Positions 27,339-36,099 of a DNA stretch of 43,152 nucleotides are shown here, piece by piece. This stretch comes from Candidatus Poribacteria bacterium (GTDB lineage Bacteria > Poribacteria > WGA-4E > PCPOR2b), in the NCBI GenBank assembly GCA_022567695.1, contig JADFGN010000002.1, positions 1-43,152 on the forward strand, in the 5' to 3' direction. How positions within the stretch are numbered: position 1 is the first letter of the stretch; each line of letters opens with the position of its first letter. The notes under the pieces are model-generated. The model saw nothing but the letters and a program-made list of their open reading frames with translations, made no database searches and was not told the origin of the DNA. Both the position numbers and the translations under genes were made by a program.

Positions 27339-30300
27339 ATGCAATGCCCAAACTGTCAACATGAGAATAAAACTGGGAGAAAATTTTGTGGTCAATGCGG
27401 CACAAAGCTCGGTTGGAAATGCGCTGACTGTGGTTTTACCAACCATCCATCAGATAGGTTCTGTGGCGGATGCGGGACGAAATCCGATGAAACCACACCT
27501 CCGCAAACAGAAACTCGCATCCCAAAACTGGAAAACCTGCATGCCCAACTGCAAACGCTAATTCCTGATACGCTGGCGCAGAAATACCTAGCCGCAGAAC
27601 AGGAAACCACCGGTGAGAATCGACTCATCACTGCCCTGTTTGCCGACATTTCTGGCTCCACTGAGCTTTCCGCAACCCGATCCCCCGAATCGATGTTCCA
27701 GCTCATTCAGGACTGCTTCAAGGACCTGGTAGACATCGTCGCAAACTACGAAGGCAGAATCAGTGGATTTCGGGGGGATGGACTCCTTGCCTTCTTCGGT
27801 GCCCCCATCCTGCATGAGAACGACGCCGAACGCGCCATCCTTGCCGCCATTGACATGCGAGAGACGATGCGAGGACACGGGTTGGAAATCACCGTGGGGA
27901 TTAACACGGCATCAATGACCGTTGGGGAAATCCGAACACAACTCCACGCCGAATACACCGCTTACGGCACGGAGATTGTGCTTGCCAAACGGTTGCAAGA
28001 AACCGCAGACCGCGGACAGATTCGCGTCGGCGAAGCGACGTATCGATTCACCCAACGGGCGTTTGCCTTTGAAGAATTGTCGCCGCAATCGCTGAAAGGC
28101 TTTGACCGTCCCATACGCGCCTATTCGGTCGTCCGCGTTCTCGAACACCCGGAGAAATTGCGGGGCATCGAAGGGCTTCAAGCGAAACTGATCGGCAGAG
28201 AACGGGAGTACATCGCCTTGATTGACGCCGCCGATGCGCTGATCGATGAACGCAAGGGGCAGATTGTCACCATTGTCGGGGAAGCGGGAATTGGCAAGTC
28301 CAGACTGGTCAAAGAGCTTAAGACGTATCTCCAAGGAAGTAGAGCAGGCGGCTCGCCCGTTTCAAGTCCTCGTTGGCTGGAAGGACGATGCATCTCAATT
28401 GGGCAAACCGTCAGCTTCTGGCCCTTTATCGACATGATGCGGACCTATCTGGGAGTCTCTGGCGAGGACGGCGAAGAGGAAATTGCTGACAAACTGATTG
28501 GGCAAATGGAGAATCTCTTCGGTCAGGAAGCGGACGGGGTCATCCCCTACGTGGGACAGATGCTCTCAGTCAAGTTGCCGAAGCCGTATCAAGAGCGGAT
28601 TCAGTATGCCGCGCCAGAGCAGATCCGCCACCAGACACTGCTGCGGATGCGTGACGTGTTTGTTGCGTTGGCTCGTAAACAGCCGCTGATTGTGATTCTC
28701 GAAGACCTGCACTGGGCGGATGATCTCTCGCTAGATCTGCTCTGGGTGCTGATGGATGAATTGGTGGCTGCCCCGCTGATGTTGGTGTGTGTGTATCGAC
28801 CGGAGCGCGAACACGGGAGTTGGCAGATCGACGGTATCGCGTCAGGGAAGTTTCTTGAGCGATACACGCCGATTACCCTTCGCCCCCTCACCGCGAAACA
28901 GAGCCAGCAGATGGTCGAGTCGTTGCTAGCGGTTGAGAATCTGCCGGCCGAAACCAAGGCGACGATTCTCGAAAAGACCGAAGGAAATCCCTTCTTTGTC
29001 GAGGAAGTGATTCGTTGGCTGATTGATCAAGGCGTCATCTATCAAGAGGGTAAAAGATGGCAGGCCAAAGCCTCGATAACGGAGCTCGAAGTCCCTGACA
29101 CGATTCAGAGTGTGATACTGTCCCGTATCGACCGCCTGCATGAAGAGGTGAAGTATGTCCTTCGGTGCGCGTCTGTGATTGGGCGCGTGTTTCAGCAACG
29201 GCTGTTGGGTTACCTTTCCCACCAAGAAGGGATGCTCGAAGCGAGACTCGCCGAATTGGAAACAAACGAATTGATCTACAAAGAGCACATCCTGCCAGAG
29301 CTGGAGTATGCCTTTAAGCATGCGCTGACACATGAGACAACCTATCAGGGGTTGTTGGGTCAACAGCAATCCGCTTTTCATGAGCGTGTCGGGGAAGGTA
29401 TCGAACTACTCTATCAGGGACAGATCGGGGAGTATTACGAACAGTTGGCATACCATTACAGCCGAAGCGGTAACAAGGAGAAAGCGATTGAGTATCTGGT
29501 CAAAGCGGCACAAAAAGCTGCCAGTCGGTATGCGAATCAGGAGGCGTTGGACTACTTTCAGAGGGCATTGGATCTTGCCAAGTCTGACGATGAATCTGAT
29601 CGGATTTTGAAATACCGGGCGAAGCTGCTCTTAAATCTGTATCAAGGCAGAGAGGCAGCCAGTGACTATGAGTGCTTGCTGAATAGCGCAAAGGGTAGGG
29701 GGGACCAAAAGGATGAGCTTGAGTCACTCCTTGGTCTTGCTTCTGCCTACTACACGATTGCCCTTGATGAATTGGATTTTGCATCAAAATCCCTTGCGCT
29801 TTACAAGCAGGCATACACCCTCGCTCGCAAGCTTGATAACCGAACATGCATGGTCCGAGCTCTTGTTCCAACGACATGGTTTATGGACTTCTGGCCAGAA
29901 TATAGGGACGAAACTCTTGCCAATGCCGAAGATGCATTAATCCTCAGTCAGGAAATAGGAGATAAAGAACTGATAATCGACAGCAAGATGGCCATGTTAG
30001 ATACGTTAAGGCGAATTCCAGATTGTATTGAGGCGGCGGAGGAGCAGGGAGAGGAACTTCTCAACCAGCTCAAGTCCTGTCACGATCTGCTCCGACTCAA
30101 GGAAGTTTATTTTCAACTCATGTGTATGCATCTTTCCCGGGGCAACTTTGAGAGATCTGTCGAATGCTGCGACGCTGGCATAAATCTGGCGGCGGAGATC
30201 GGTGTGCCTCCGGTACAATTCCCAACCTTCAAAGCACTGGCTCTTTTGAACCTTGGTCGATACGATGAGGCGTGGGAATCGCTGCAAAAAGAGGTGGTAG

Positions 30301-30713
30301 ACGAAACGCATCGATTCGGAAGTGCCTTTAAAAACTACGGTACAGGCATATACTTTCTCGAGCTGATGGCGTATGAGAAGGCAGCCGAAATCTTTGAGAG
30401 TGTTATCGAACAGGCAAAACGTCTAGGACGTGCCTGGATGAGAAGTGAGGCTCAGATAGGGCTTGCAAAATCTCTCCTCCGAACCGGACAACTCGAACAA
30501 GCAGATCTAGATCGAATTACCCAAGATCTTGCCAGTATGGACGTAACGCTTCCAGCACAAATACTGGGAGAATTCGCCCTTCGGGCTCGGCGAAAATTGA
30601 ATTTTCGCATTCCAAATTACCGAAGGAGAATGAATTATGAAACTTCGACCCGGAACCCCCGAAGAGGTCGGTATGTCAGCGCAACGGGTAGAACATGTCG
30701 TGAATCTCGCTAA
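27339..30713 (+). CDS. Double zinc ribbon - class III nucleotidyl cyclase - STAND AAA ATPase - TPR protein (C-terminus probably truncated)
   Basis: Four CxxC pairs; LFADISGST and FRGDG cyclase motifs; Walker A GEAGIGKS, Walker B ILEDLHWAD, GNPFF, YAFKHAL, then TPR-like helices. Overlaps the next gene by 77 bp. Confidence 0.9.
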   Translation: MQCPNCQHENKTGRKFCGQCGTKLGWKCADCGFTNHPSDRFCGGCGTKSDETTPPQTETRIPKLENLHAQLQTLIPDTLAQKYLAAEQETTGENRLITALFADISGSTELSATRSPESMFQLIQDCFKDLVDIVANYEGRISGFRGDGLLAFFGAPILHENDAERAILAAIDMRETMRGHGLEITVGINTASMTVGEIRTQLHAEYTAYGTEIVLAKRLQETADRGQIRVGEATYRFTQRAFAFEELSPQSLKGFDRPIRAYSVVRVLEHPEKLRGIEGLQAKLIGREREYIALIDAADALIDERKGQIVTIVGEAGIGKSRLVKELKTYLQGSRAGGSPVSSPRWLEGRCISIGQTVSFWPFIDMMRTYLGVSGEDGEEEIADKLIGQMENLFGQEADGVIPYVGQMLSVKLPKPYQERIQYAAPEQIRHQTLLRMRDVFVALARKQPLIVILEDLHWADDLSLDLLWVLMDELVAAPLMLVCVYRPEREHGSWQIDGIASGKFLERYTPITLRPLTAKQSQQMVESLLAVENLPAETKATILEKTEGNPFFVEEVIRWLIDQGVIYQEGKRWQAKASITELEVPDTIQSVILSRIDRLHEEVKYVLRCASVIGRVFQQRLLGYLSHQEGMLEARLAELETNELIYKEHILPELEYAFKHALTHETTYQGLLGQQQSAFHERVGEGIELLYQGQIGEYYEQLAYHYSRSGNKEKAIEYLVKAAQKAASRYANQEALDYFQRALDLAKSDDESDRILKYRAKLLLNLYQGREAASDYECLLNSAKGRGDQKDELESLLGLASAYYTIALDELDFASKSLALYKQAYTLARKLDNRTCMVRALVPTTWFMDFWPEYRDETLANAEDALILSQEIGDKELIIDSKMAMLDTLRRIPDCIEAAEEQGEELLNQLKSCHDLLRLKEVYFQLMCMHLSRGNFERSVECCDAGINLAAEIGVPPVQFPTFKALALLNLGRYDEAWESLQKEVVDETHRFGSAFKNYGTGIYFLELMAYEKAAEIFESVIEQAKRLGRAWMRSEAQIGLAKSLLRTGQLEQADLDRITQDLASMDVTLPAQILGEFALRARRKLNFRIPNYRRRMNYETSTRNPRRGRYVSATGRTCRESR

Positions 30714-31797
30714 AGGCTGGGTGGATGGAGGTGTTACACCCGCCCTGGTGATCCTCGTTGCCCGACGGGGTGTTATCGTCGCCCACGAGGCTTTCGGCCG
30801 CTTAACGCCGGAACCACACTCACCCTCTCTCGAATGCGATACAATCTTTCCCTTAACTTCCCTAACCAAGCCCCTCACGGCGACGGCGGCTATGATTCTT
30901 GTCGAAGACGGTAGCCTTGGCCTCAACCGCCCGGTTTCGGAATACATTCCTGAGTTTGTCGGCGAAGGCAAGGATGCAGTGATGGTCCATCATCTGCTGA
31001 CCCATACCTCAGGGTTCAGAGATGAAGATGTAGAGGCATATACAGAAAAGAAAAAGGGTTCCGTTGAGATCCCTCCTCCAGATGAGACGCAGCACCCACA
31101 GATTAACGAATACCTATTCCTCGGATACGATGCCCCCCTGTGGAAGCCGCCCGGCTCGGAGATGTCCTACAGCAACTATGGCTACAATCTGTTAGGAGAG
31201 ATCGTGCGAAGGGTCAGTCGAAGATCACTGGCAGACTTGACTAGAGAACGGATCTTTGAACCGCTAGGAATGGAGGACACCGACTATATCGTGCCTGACG
31301 CAGTGAGGCACAGAATTGTCAGACGTCTCGCAGACACACCGCATGCTTGGCTTAATAACCGAGAAGTTCAGGAGACGCCCTGGTCCTCATGGGGCGCTTT
31401 CTCAACGGCGATGGACATGGCGATACTCGGCCAGATGTTCCTCAACCGTGGCATCTACGGAGATACCCTAATCCTCAGCCCGGCATCAGTCGCCGCGATG
31501 ACACGCAATCAGATTCCGGGGATTGGCGCACAGTTTATGGGGGCGTTCCACCCTGAAGCCTCATGGGGGTTTGGCTGGGACATAGAGGGTACTACGAATA
31601 GCCAGTATTATAATGGAACGCTGTACTCACTAAACGCATTTGGGCATGGTGGTGTCGGTGCCGTTCGTTTGTGGGTGGATCCGGTCTATGAAATTGTGGG
31701 TGTCTATTTTTCTGCTTCACTTGAGCCATTTCCGGCGCACTATACCCCAAGTGACCTATTCATCAACGCGGTGACGGCTGCGGTCGTCGATGTATAG
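30637..31797 (+). CDS. Serine hydrolase, beta-lactamase class C/esterase family
   Basis: SLTK (SxxK), LLTHTSG, YSN (YxN) and GHGG motifs; AAGGAG RBS. Confidence 0.92.
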   Translation: MKLRPGTPEEVGMSAQRVEHVVNLAKGWVDGGVTPALVILVARRGVIVAHEAFGRLTPEPHSPSLECDTIFPLTSLTKPLTATAAMILVEDGSLGLNRPVSEYIPEFVGEGKDAVMVHHLLTHTSGFRDEDVEAYTEKKKGSVEIPPPDETQHPQINEYLFLGYDAPLWKPPGSEMSYSNYGYNLLGEIVRRVSRRSLADLTRERIFEPLGMEDTDYIVPDAVRHRIVRRLADTPHAWLNNREVQETPWSSWGAFSTAMDMAILGQMFLNRGIYGDTLILSPASVAAMTRNQIPGIGAQFMGAFHPEASWGFGWDIEGTTNSQYYNGTLYSLNAFGHGGVGAVRLWVDPVYEIVGVYFSASLEPFPAHYTPSDLFINAVTAAVVDV

Positions 31798-31887
31798 AAT
31801 GAGCGTTTAATATCGCCAAAAGTGACAGCAACCCTAAGCTAAAATCCGACAAAGTTGTGATAACAGTCTGAAAAGGAGGCGAAAACA

Positions 31888-32286
31888 ATGGCTGTCCATG
31901 AATTTGCTTTAGCATTGCCGGAAAAACTGTATCGACGAGCAGAACGTGCCGCACGTTTGACACACTGTGAGATCAAAGACATTCTAGTTTCCACCTTAGA
32001 AACCACGCTACCCTTTCTCCCTGGCGATCTGCCGTCTGATTTAGCAGCAGAGCTCACAGAATGGGCGATGTTAGATGATGAAGCACTCCACGCAATTGCC
32101 TCTGCGGTGCTATCTCCTCAACAACAGCGGCGTTTTAGCGTATTGCTTCGTAAGGAATCAGAAGGTCGCTTGAGCGAAGCCGAAGCGCAGGAGTGGGAGG
32201 AACTTCAACAAGAATATCTCCGTGTTTCGAGAAATAAAGCCAAAGCACACTTCACCCTCGATCAACGGGCGAAAGCACGCGCATAG
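31888..32286 (+). CDS. Hypothetical helical protein, putative antitoxin-like partner of the HNH nuclease
   Basis: AAGGAGG RBS; RHH-like N-terminus (LALPEKLYRRAERAA) and C-terminal LL.K..EG.LS..E..E pattern; 14 bp upstream of the HNH gene. Confidence 0.65.
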   Translation: MAVHEFALALPEKLYRRAERAARLTHCEIKDILVSTLETTLPFLPGDLPSDLAAELTEWAMLDDEALHAIASAVLSPQQQRRFSVLLRKESEGRLSEAEAQEWEELQQEYLRVSRNKAKAHFTLDQRAKARA

Positions 32287-32300
32287 CTCGGAGTCAACTC

Positions 32301-32753
32301 ATGAGTCGCATTCCAACATCGTTACGCAATGTGCTGTATGCCGAAAAGCCGGAAGCACGTTGCGCTTACTGCCAAAGTCCAGAGAGATTACTCGGCATCC
32401 CTTTGGAAGCGGACCATATTATTCCGGAGTCGGCAGGCGGCGAAACCTCACTGGAAAACTTATGCTTGTGTTGCCGTTCCTGCAACGGTTACAAAGGGAC
32501 GAAGATCAATGCGATTGATCCACAAACCGGGCGACGTATCCGCTTGTTCCACCCAAGGCAGCAAAAATGGTCAACCCACTTTGCGTGGAGTCAAGAGGGA
32601 ACGCAAATCGTTGGACTCACGCCGACAGGACGAGCAACGGTAGAAACCCTGAAGGTGAATCATCCCCTAATCATGAATCTTCGCCATCTGTGGTGTCTTT
32701 TGCGGCAACATCCACCGAAAGAGTCGGATCAGAAAGGATTGAAACGATTATGA
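32301..32753 (+). CDS. HNH endonuclease
   Basis: CAYC, EADHIIP, NLCLCCRSCNGYK, FHPR..W..HF.W and GLTPTGRATV motifs. Confidence 0.92.
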   Translation: MSRIPTSLRNVLYAEKPEARCAYCQSPERLLGIPLEADHIIPESAGGETSLENLCLCCRSCNGYKGTKINAIDPQTGRRIRLFHPRQQKWSTHFAWSQEGTQIVGLTPTGRATVETLKVNHPLIMNLRHLWCLLRQHPPKESDQKGLKRL

Positions 32754-33566
32754 AACTCCAACCTGGAACTCCCGAAGAAGCGGGTATGTCCGCCCAACGG
32801 GTGGAACATGTTGTGAATCTCGCTAAAGGCTGGGTGGATGGAGGTGTTACACCCGCCCTGGTGATCCTTGTTGCCCGACGGGGTGTTGTCGTTGCCCACG
32901 AGGCTTTCGGCAACTTAACGCCGGAACCGGATTCATCCCCTCTTGCACACGATACAATCTTTCCCTTAGCCTCCCTGGCCAAACCAATCACGGCGACGGC
33001 TACCATGATTCTCGTGGAAGACGGTCTGCTTGGCCTCAACCGCCCTGTCTCGGAATACATTCCTGAGTTTGTCGGCGAAGGGCAGAATCGTCAGGCGTCC
33101 TGAAGCCGCGCCATTTGCCGAATGGATGGAAAGCTGGATAGAGGTGCCGTGGGGACCAACTGGTGTAATTTCAACGGCGATGGACATGGCGATATTCGGT
33201 CAGATGTTTCTCAATCGTGGCAGCTACGGGGATGCCCGCATCCTCAGCCCGGCATCGGTTGCCGCGATGACGCGCAATCAGATTCCGGGCGTTCCCGCAC
33301 GGTACGGCGAAGAGTTGTTCCCCGAAGCCGGATGGGGTTTCGGCTGGAGCATACATGGGAATAAAAAGTCCATAGCTTATGGGGAGACCCTACACTCACC
33401 CAAAACATTCCTTCATGGTGGTGCAGGTGGTGTCTTCTTGTGGGTGGATCCCGTCTACGAGCTCGTGGGGATCTATTTCTCCGTCACGCTCCAGTTTCCT
33501 CCTAAACACTATTACTACACCGACCTATTCATCAACGCCGTGACGGCTGCGGCCGTCGATGTATAA
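32750..33566 (+). pseudogene. Paralogous serine hydrolase with a ~341-bp internal deletion and frameshift
   Basis: 32750-33082 aligns with 30637-30969, then jumps to the equivalent of 31311. LLTHTSG and YSN are lost, and the two halves lie in different frames. Confidence 0.9.
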
Positions 33567-33674
33567 AAACAAAGGAACAACGTAAAAAGAGCAGATGAGA
33601 ATTGAATACTTTTTGAGGGAATGCTATCGAAATTAGAAGATTCTGTAGTGGTCAACAACATCTTAAAATCCAAC

Positions 33675-33720
33675 TTTCACCGCAGAGACGCAGAGGACTC
33701 AGAGGTATCGCAGAGAAGAG
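33675..33720. repeat. CAGAG-unit repeat (TTCACCGCAGAGACGCAGAGGACTCAGAGGTATCGCAGAGAAGAG)
   Basis: Same family as the core at 12909-12949, in the opposite orientation. Lies between 15-bp direct repeats GAAATTAGAAGATTC at 33629-33643 and 33778-33792. Confidence 0.7.
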
Positions 33721-33878
33721 TCAAGCGCTTGTGCCATCGGTGGCGAACTCCCATTCAACATGTATCTGACCATTACAGAAATTAGAAGATTCATACTGAT
33801 ACCGAAAAAATATGATTCAGTGTATCTTAAGCACTACACGGACGATTCAGTCCCAACTGTTGACAAATTAATAGGGAG

Positions 33879-33907
33879 TTGCATGAACAATAGGAGTATG
33901 CTATAAC
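33879..33907 (+). promoter_or_regulatory. Sigma70-type promoter upstream of the creatininase gene
   Basis: TTGCAT-N17-TATAAC with an extended TGn. Confidence 0.5.
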
Positions 33908-34043
33908 ACGTCGCTCGTACCGGGCTGAAGCAGATTAGCCTCACACCTTTTTAATCAGCTTTTGTGGCTGAAGGAGGCGGCATACGCGATTTTTGGTAAA
34001 AAGTAATACGAATCTAAAGATCTGAATCAGGAGGAAAATTAGC

Positions 34044-34805
34044 ATGGAATATGGAGACAACTGCTGGGTTGACATCCAACAGGCAGATAAAGATAAAATC
34101 GTTGTGTTACCACTTGCATCAATGGAACAACATGGACATCACTCTCCGCTGTTGACAGATACCTATCTTGTGACGGGGGTAGCGGAACGTGTGGAAGAAC
34201 GCATTCGTGATGCAATCTACATGCTCCCGACGCTGTGGCTTGGCGCGTCAGATCATCACCTCGATCTGCCCGGTACTGTCAGCGTGCCAAATCACATCTA
34301 CACTTTAATGATTAAAAACATCGTTCGGTCTATCGCCAAAGCCGGGTTTAAGCGCGTTTTCTTCCTCAACGGTCATGGCGGTAACGTCACGCCTGGGACA
34401 CAAGCAATCACGGAGTTAGCGAACGAATCGGACGTGTACAACAACATGTGGATAGCACTCGCATCCTATTGGACTATAGCTTCACCAGCGATGGATGCGG
34501 AGCGTCACGGCATGCAGACAAAGCAACTCTCGCATGCTTGCGAATATGAAACCTCGATGATGTTGTTTCTGCACGGCGAGATTATGCGGATGGACCGTGT
34601 CACAGCGAGCCCCCCTCTGGTCGATTCACCCTATTTTCATGGTGAACACGGCGGACGTCTTAATGTCGCTAAGCGGATGGCAACGTTGACACCAACTGGC
34701 GCGATGGGGGGACCGCAACATGCGACGGCAGAAAAGGGCGAATCCCTGCTGAACGCTATCGTTGATGAAGTGGTTGCCTGCCTGAAGGATTTCGCGACGT
34801 GGTAG
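34044..34805 (+). CDS. Creatininase/amidohydrolase family protein
   Basis: EQHGHHSPLLTD, SDHH, NGHGGN, HACEYETS and ATAEKG motifs; AGGAGG RBS. Confidence 0.92.
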   Translation: MEYGDNCWVDIQQADKDKIVVLPLASMEQHGHHSPLLTDTYLVTGVAERVEERIRDAIYMLPTLWLGASDHHLDLPGTVSVPNHIYTLMIKNIVRSIAKAGFKRVFFLNGHGGNVTPGTQAITELANESDVYNNMWIALASYWTIASPAMDAERHGMQTKQLSHACEYETSMMLFLHGEIMRMDRVTASPPLVDSPYFHGEHGGRLNVAKRMATLTPTGAMGGPQHATAEKGESLLNAIVDEVVACLKDFATW

Positions 34806-34865
34806 GCGATAAACGTGAAGCGAGATGATTTTCATGACCGTATCTACATTTTGGAGGAAATTGCG

Positions 34866-35222
34866 ATGAATCAACGCGATGAAACCATAATCTCAATAAT
34901 GCACGATATAACGGGGACACACATGGGTGATATCGGGCAAGAACTTTCGGATATTGAGGATCTCCTCGCCGAACGCCGATTACTTCGGAAATGGGTTCAG
35001 GACAGCGAAGGCGCAGATCTATTTTCGGAAGACCTCGCCAGAGTCGAGGCGGAACTCGCTGAAAAAGAAGGGAAACGAGAGGAATTGCTCGAAGAATATA
35101 ACCGATTGGAGCACCGGTTGAACTGGCTCAAAAAGCAACTGGAAATCGCTCGGTTTCGATTGAAATATGAATCGGACGATGAATCGGAGGACGTTACTGA
35201 CGACAATTCTATACCGTTTTGA
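34866..35222 (+). CDS. Acidic coiled-coil hypothetical protein with SSB-like C-terminal tail
   Basis: GGAGG RBS before ATG 34866; heptad-rich helix; ends ESDDESEDVTDDNSIPF*. Confidence 0.7.
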   Translation: MNQRDETIISIMHDITGTHMGDIGQELSDIEDLLAERRLLRKWVQDSEGADLFSEDLARVEAELAEKEGKREELLEEYNRLEHRLNWLKKQLEIARFRLKYESDDESEDVTDDNSIPF

Positions 35223-35260
35223 TACATTTTGCCTTCTAAACAGATGAGGAAAAGTTCGTT

Positions 35261-36094
35261 TTGCCTGACTTACGAGATTTTTTAGACGAATCCATCTCAG
35301 AACTTCAGAGCGGTGTCGAGCAAAGGATTTACACCGTTGATATCTCGAAAGATGCGCAACAATTCGTCTCCGCATTAGTGGAATATTTCGTGAGTTGCTG
35401 GCTCTCTCCTGTGTATGGGGATCGAGATGAGGTTTGGGAAAAATGGAATACCCCTTCACACCCCGATCGCGCCAACATGCTTGATTATTTGCGGAATGCT
35501 TTCTGTAATCAGAATGGTGAAGTGGCTGATCATCCCGATCCGAAGCGCGGCCTTACGAAGGCTAAGGGTAACTTCGCCGAAACGCTACTGCGATGGGTTG
35601 AGGAAACATACCGGGAAGGTGAAAAACGACTCATTCCCCCTGTTCCCCAACCTGCTGATCGAGGATTTACCGATCTCGTTGAGATTATATTTCATCAAGG
35701 AAACGAATGGTTTTCGATTATATGGGAATCGAAAGCAACAGAAGTAAATATCTCAGGTGTGGCTTCCGATGCCTACAAGCAATTAGATGATTACCCCAAT
35801 CGGATGTTTTTTATACTCAATGATCGAGCTGCGTCTCTCAAAGAGGATGGAGTGGGTAATGCCCGATATGCCAATGTCCTACGATTGATGCCTGCGCTTA
35901 TAAAACAGAGATCCCCGAAGATTCACTACGGACTTTTCATTACTCATAATGATGCGGCAAAATGCCCCCACTTGCGCGATTTACCCAAGCGTCCTTCAGG
36001 TGTTCCTCGCGGTTGCCATCATTTAACGTTCGTTGCACTGCCAAATTTTGCTGATTTGCGGGATGCTGTGTGGCGTAACATGCAACTCAAGTAA
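35261..36094 (+). CDS. PD-(D/E)xK nuclease, HamA/DUF1837-like
   Basis: KGNFAETLL, RGFTDLV and WESKA correspond to restriction-fold motifs I, II and III; ends 5 bp before a Ski2-like helicase gene. Confidence 0.6.
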   Translation: MPDLRDFLDESISELQSGVEQRIYTVDISKDAQQFVSALVEYFVSCWLSPVYGDRDEVWEKWNTPSHPDRANMLDYLRNAFCNQNGEVADHPDPKRGLTKAKGNFAETLLRWVEETYREGEKRLIPPVPQPADRGFTDLVEIIFHQGNEWFSIIWESKATEVNISGVASDAYKQLDDYPNRMFFILNDRAASLKEDGVGNARYANVLRLMPALIKQRSPKIHYGLFITHNDAAKCPHLRDLPKRPSGVPRGCHHLTFVALPNFADLRDAVWRNMQLK

Positions 36095-36099
36095 TCAAA

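Noticed and set aside
30637-31797. Beta-lactam resistance gene
   Set aside because: No signal peptide and HGG instead of KTG; more likely a cytoplasmic esterase/amidase of the same fold.
32567-32749. N-terminal extension of ORF 32567-33103
   Set aside because: Overlaps the HNH gene; homology to the first hydrolase fixes the start at 32750.
33910-33990. Structured ncRNA or tRNA in the creatininase leader
   Set aside because: Only partial pairing; no cloverleaf, T-loop or known motif.
34044-34805. Mycofactocin peptidase MftE or a RiPP cluster
   Set aside because: Creatininase fold only; no precursor peptide or radical SAM gene nearby.
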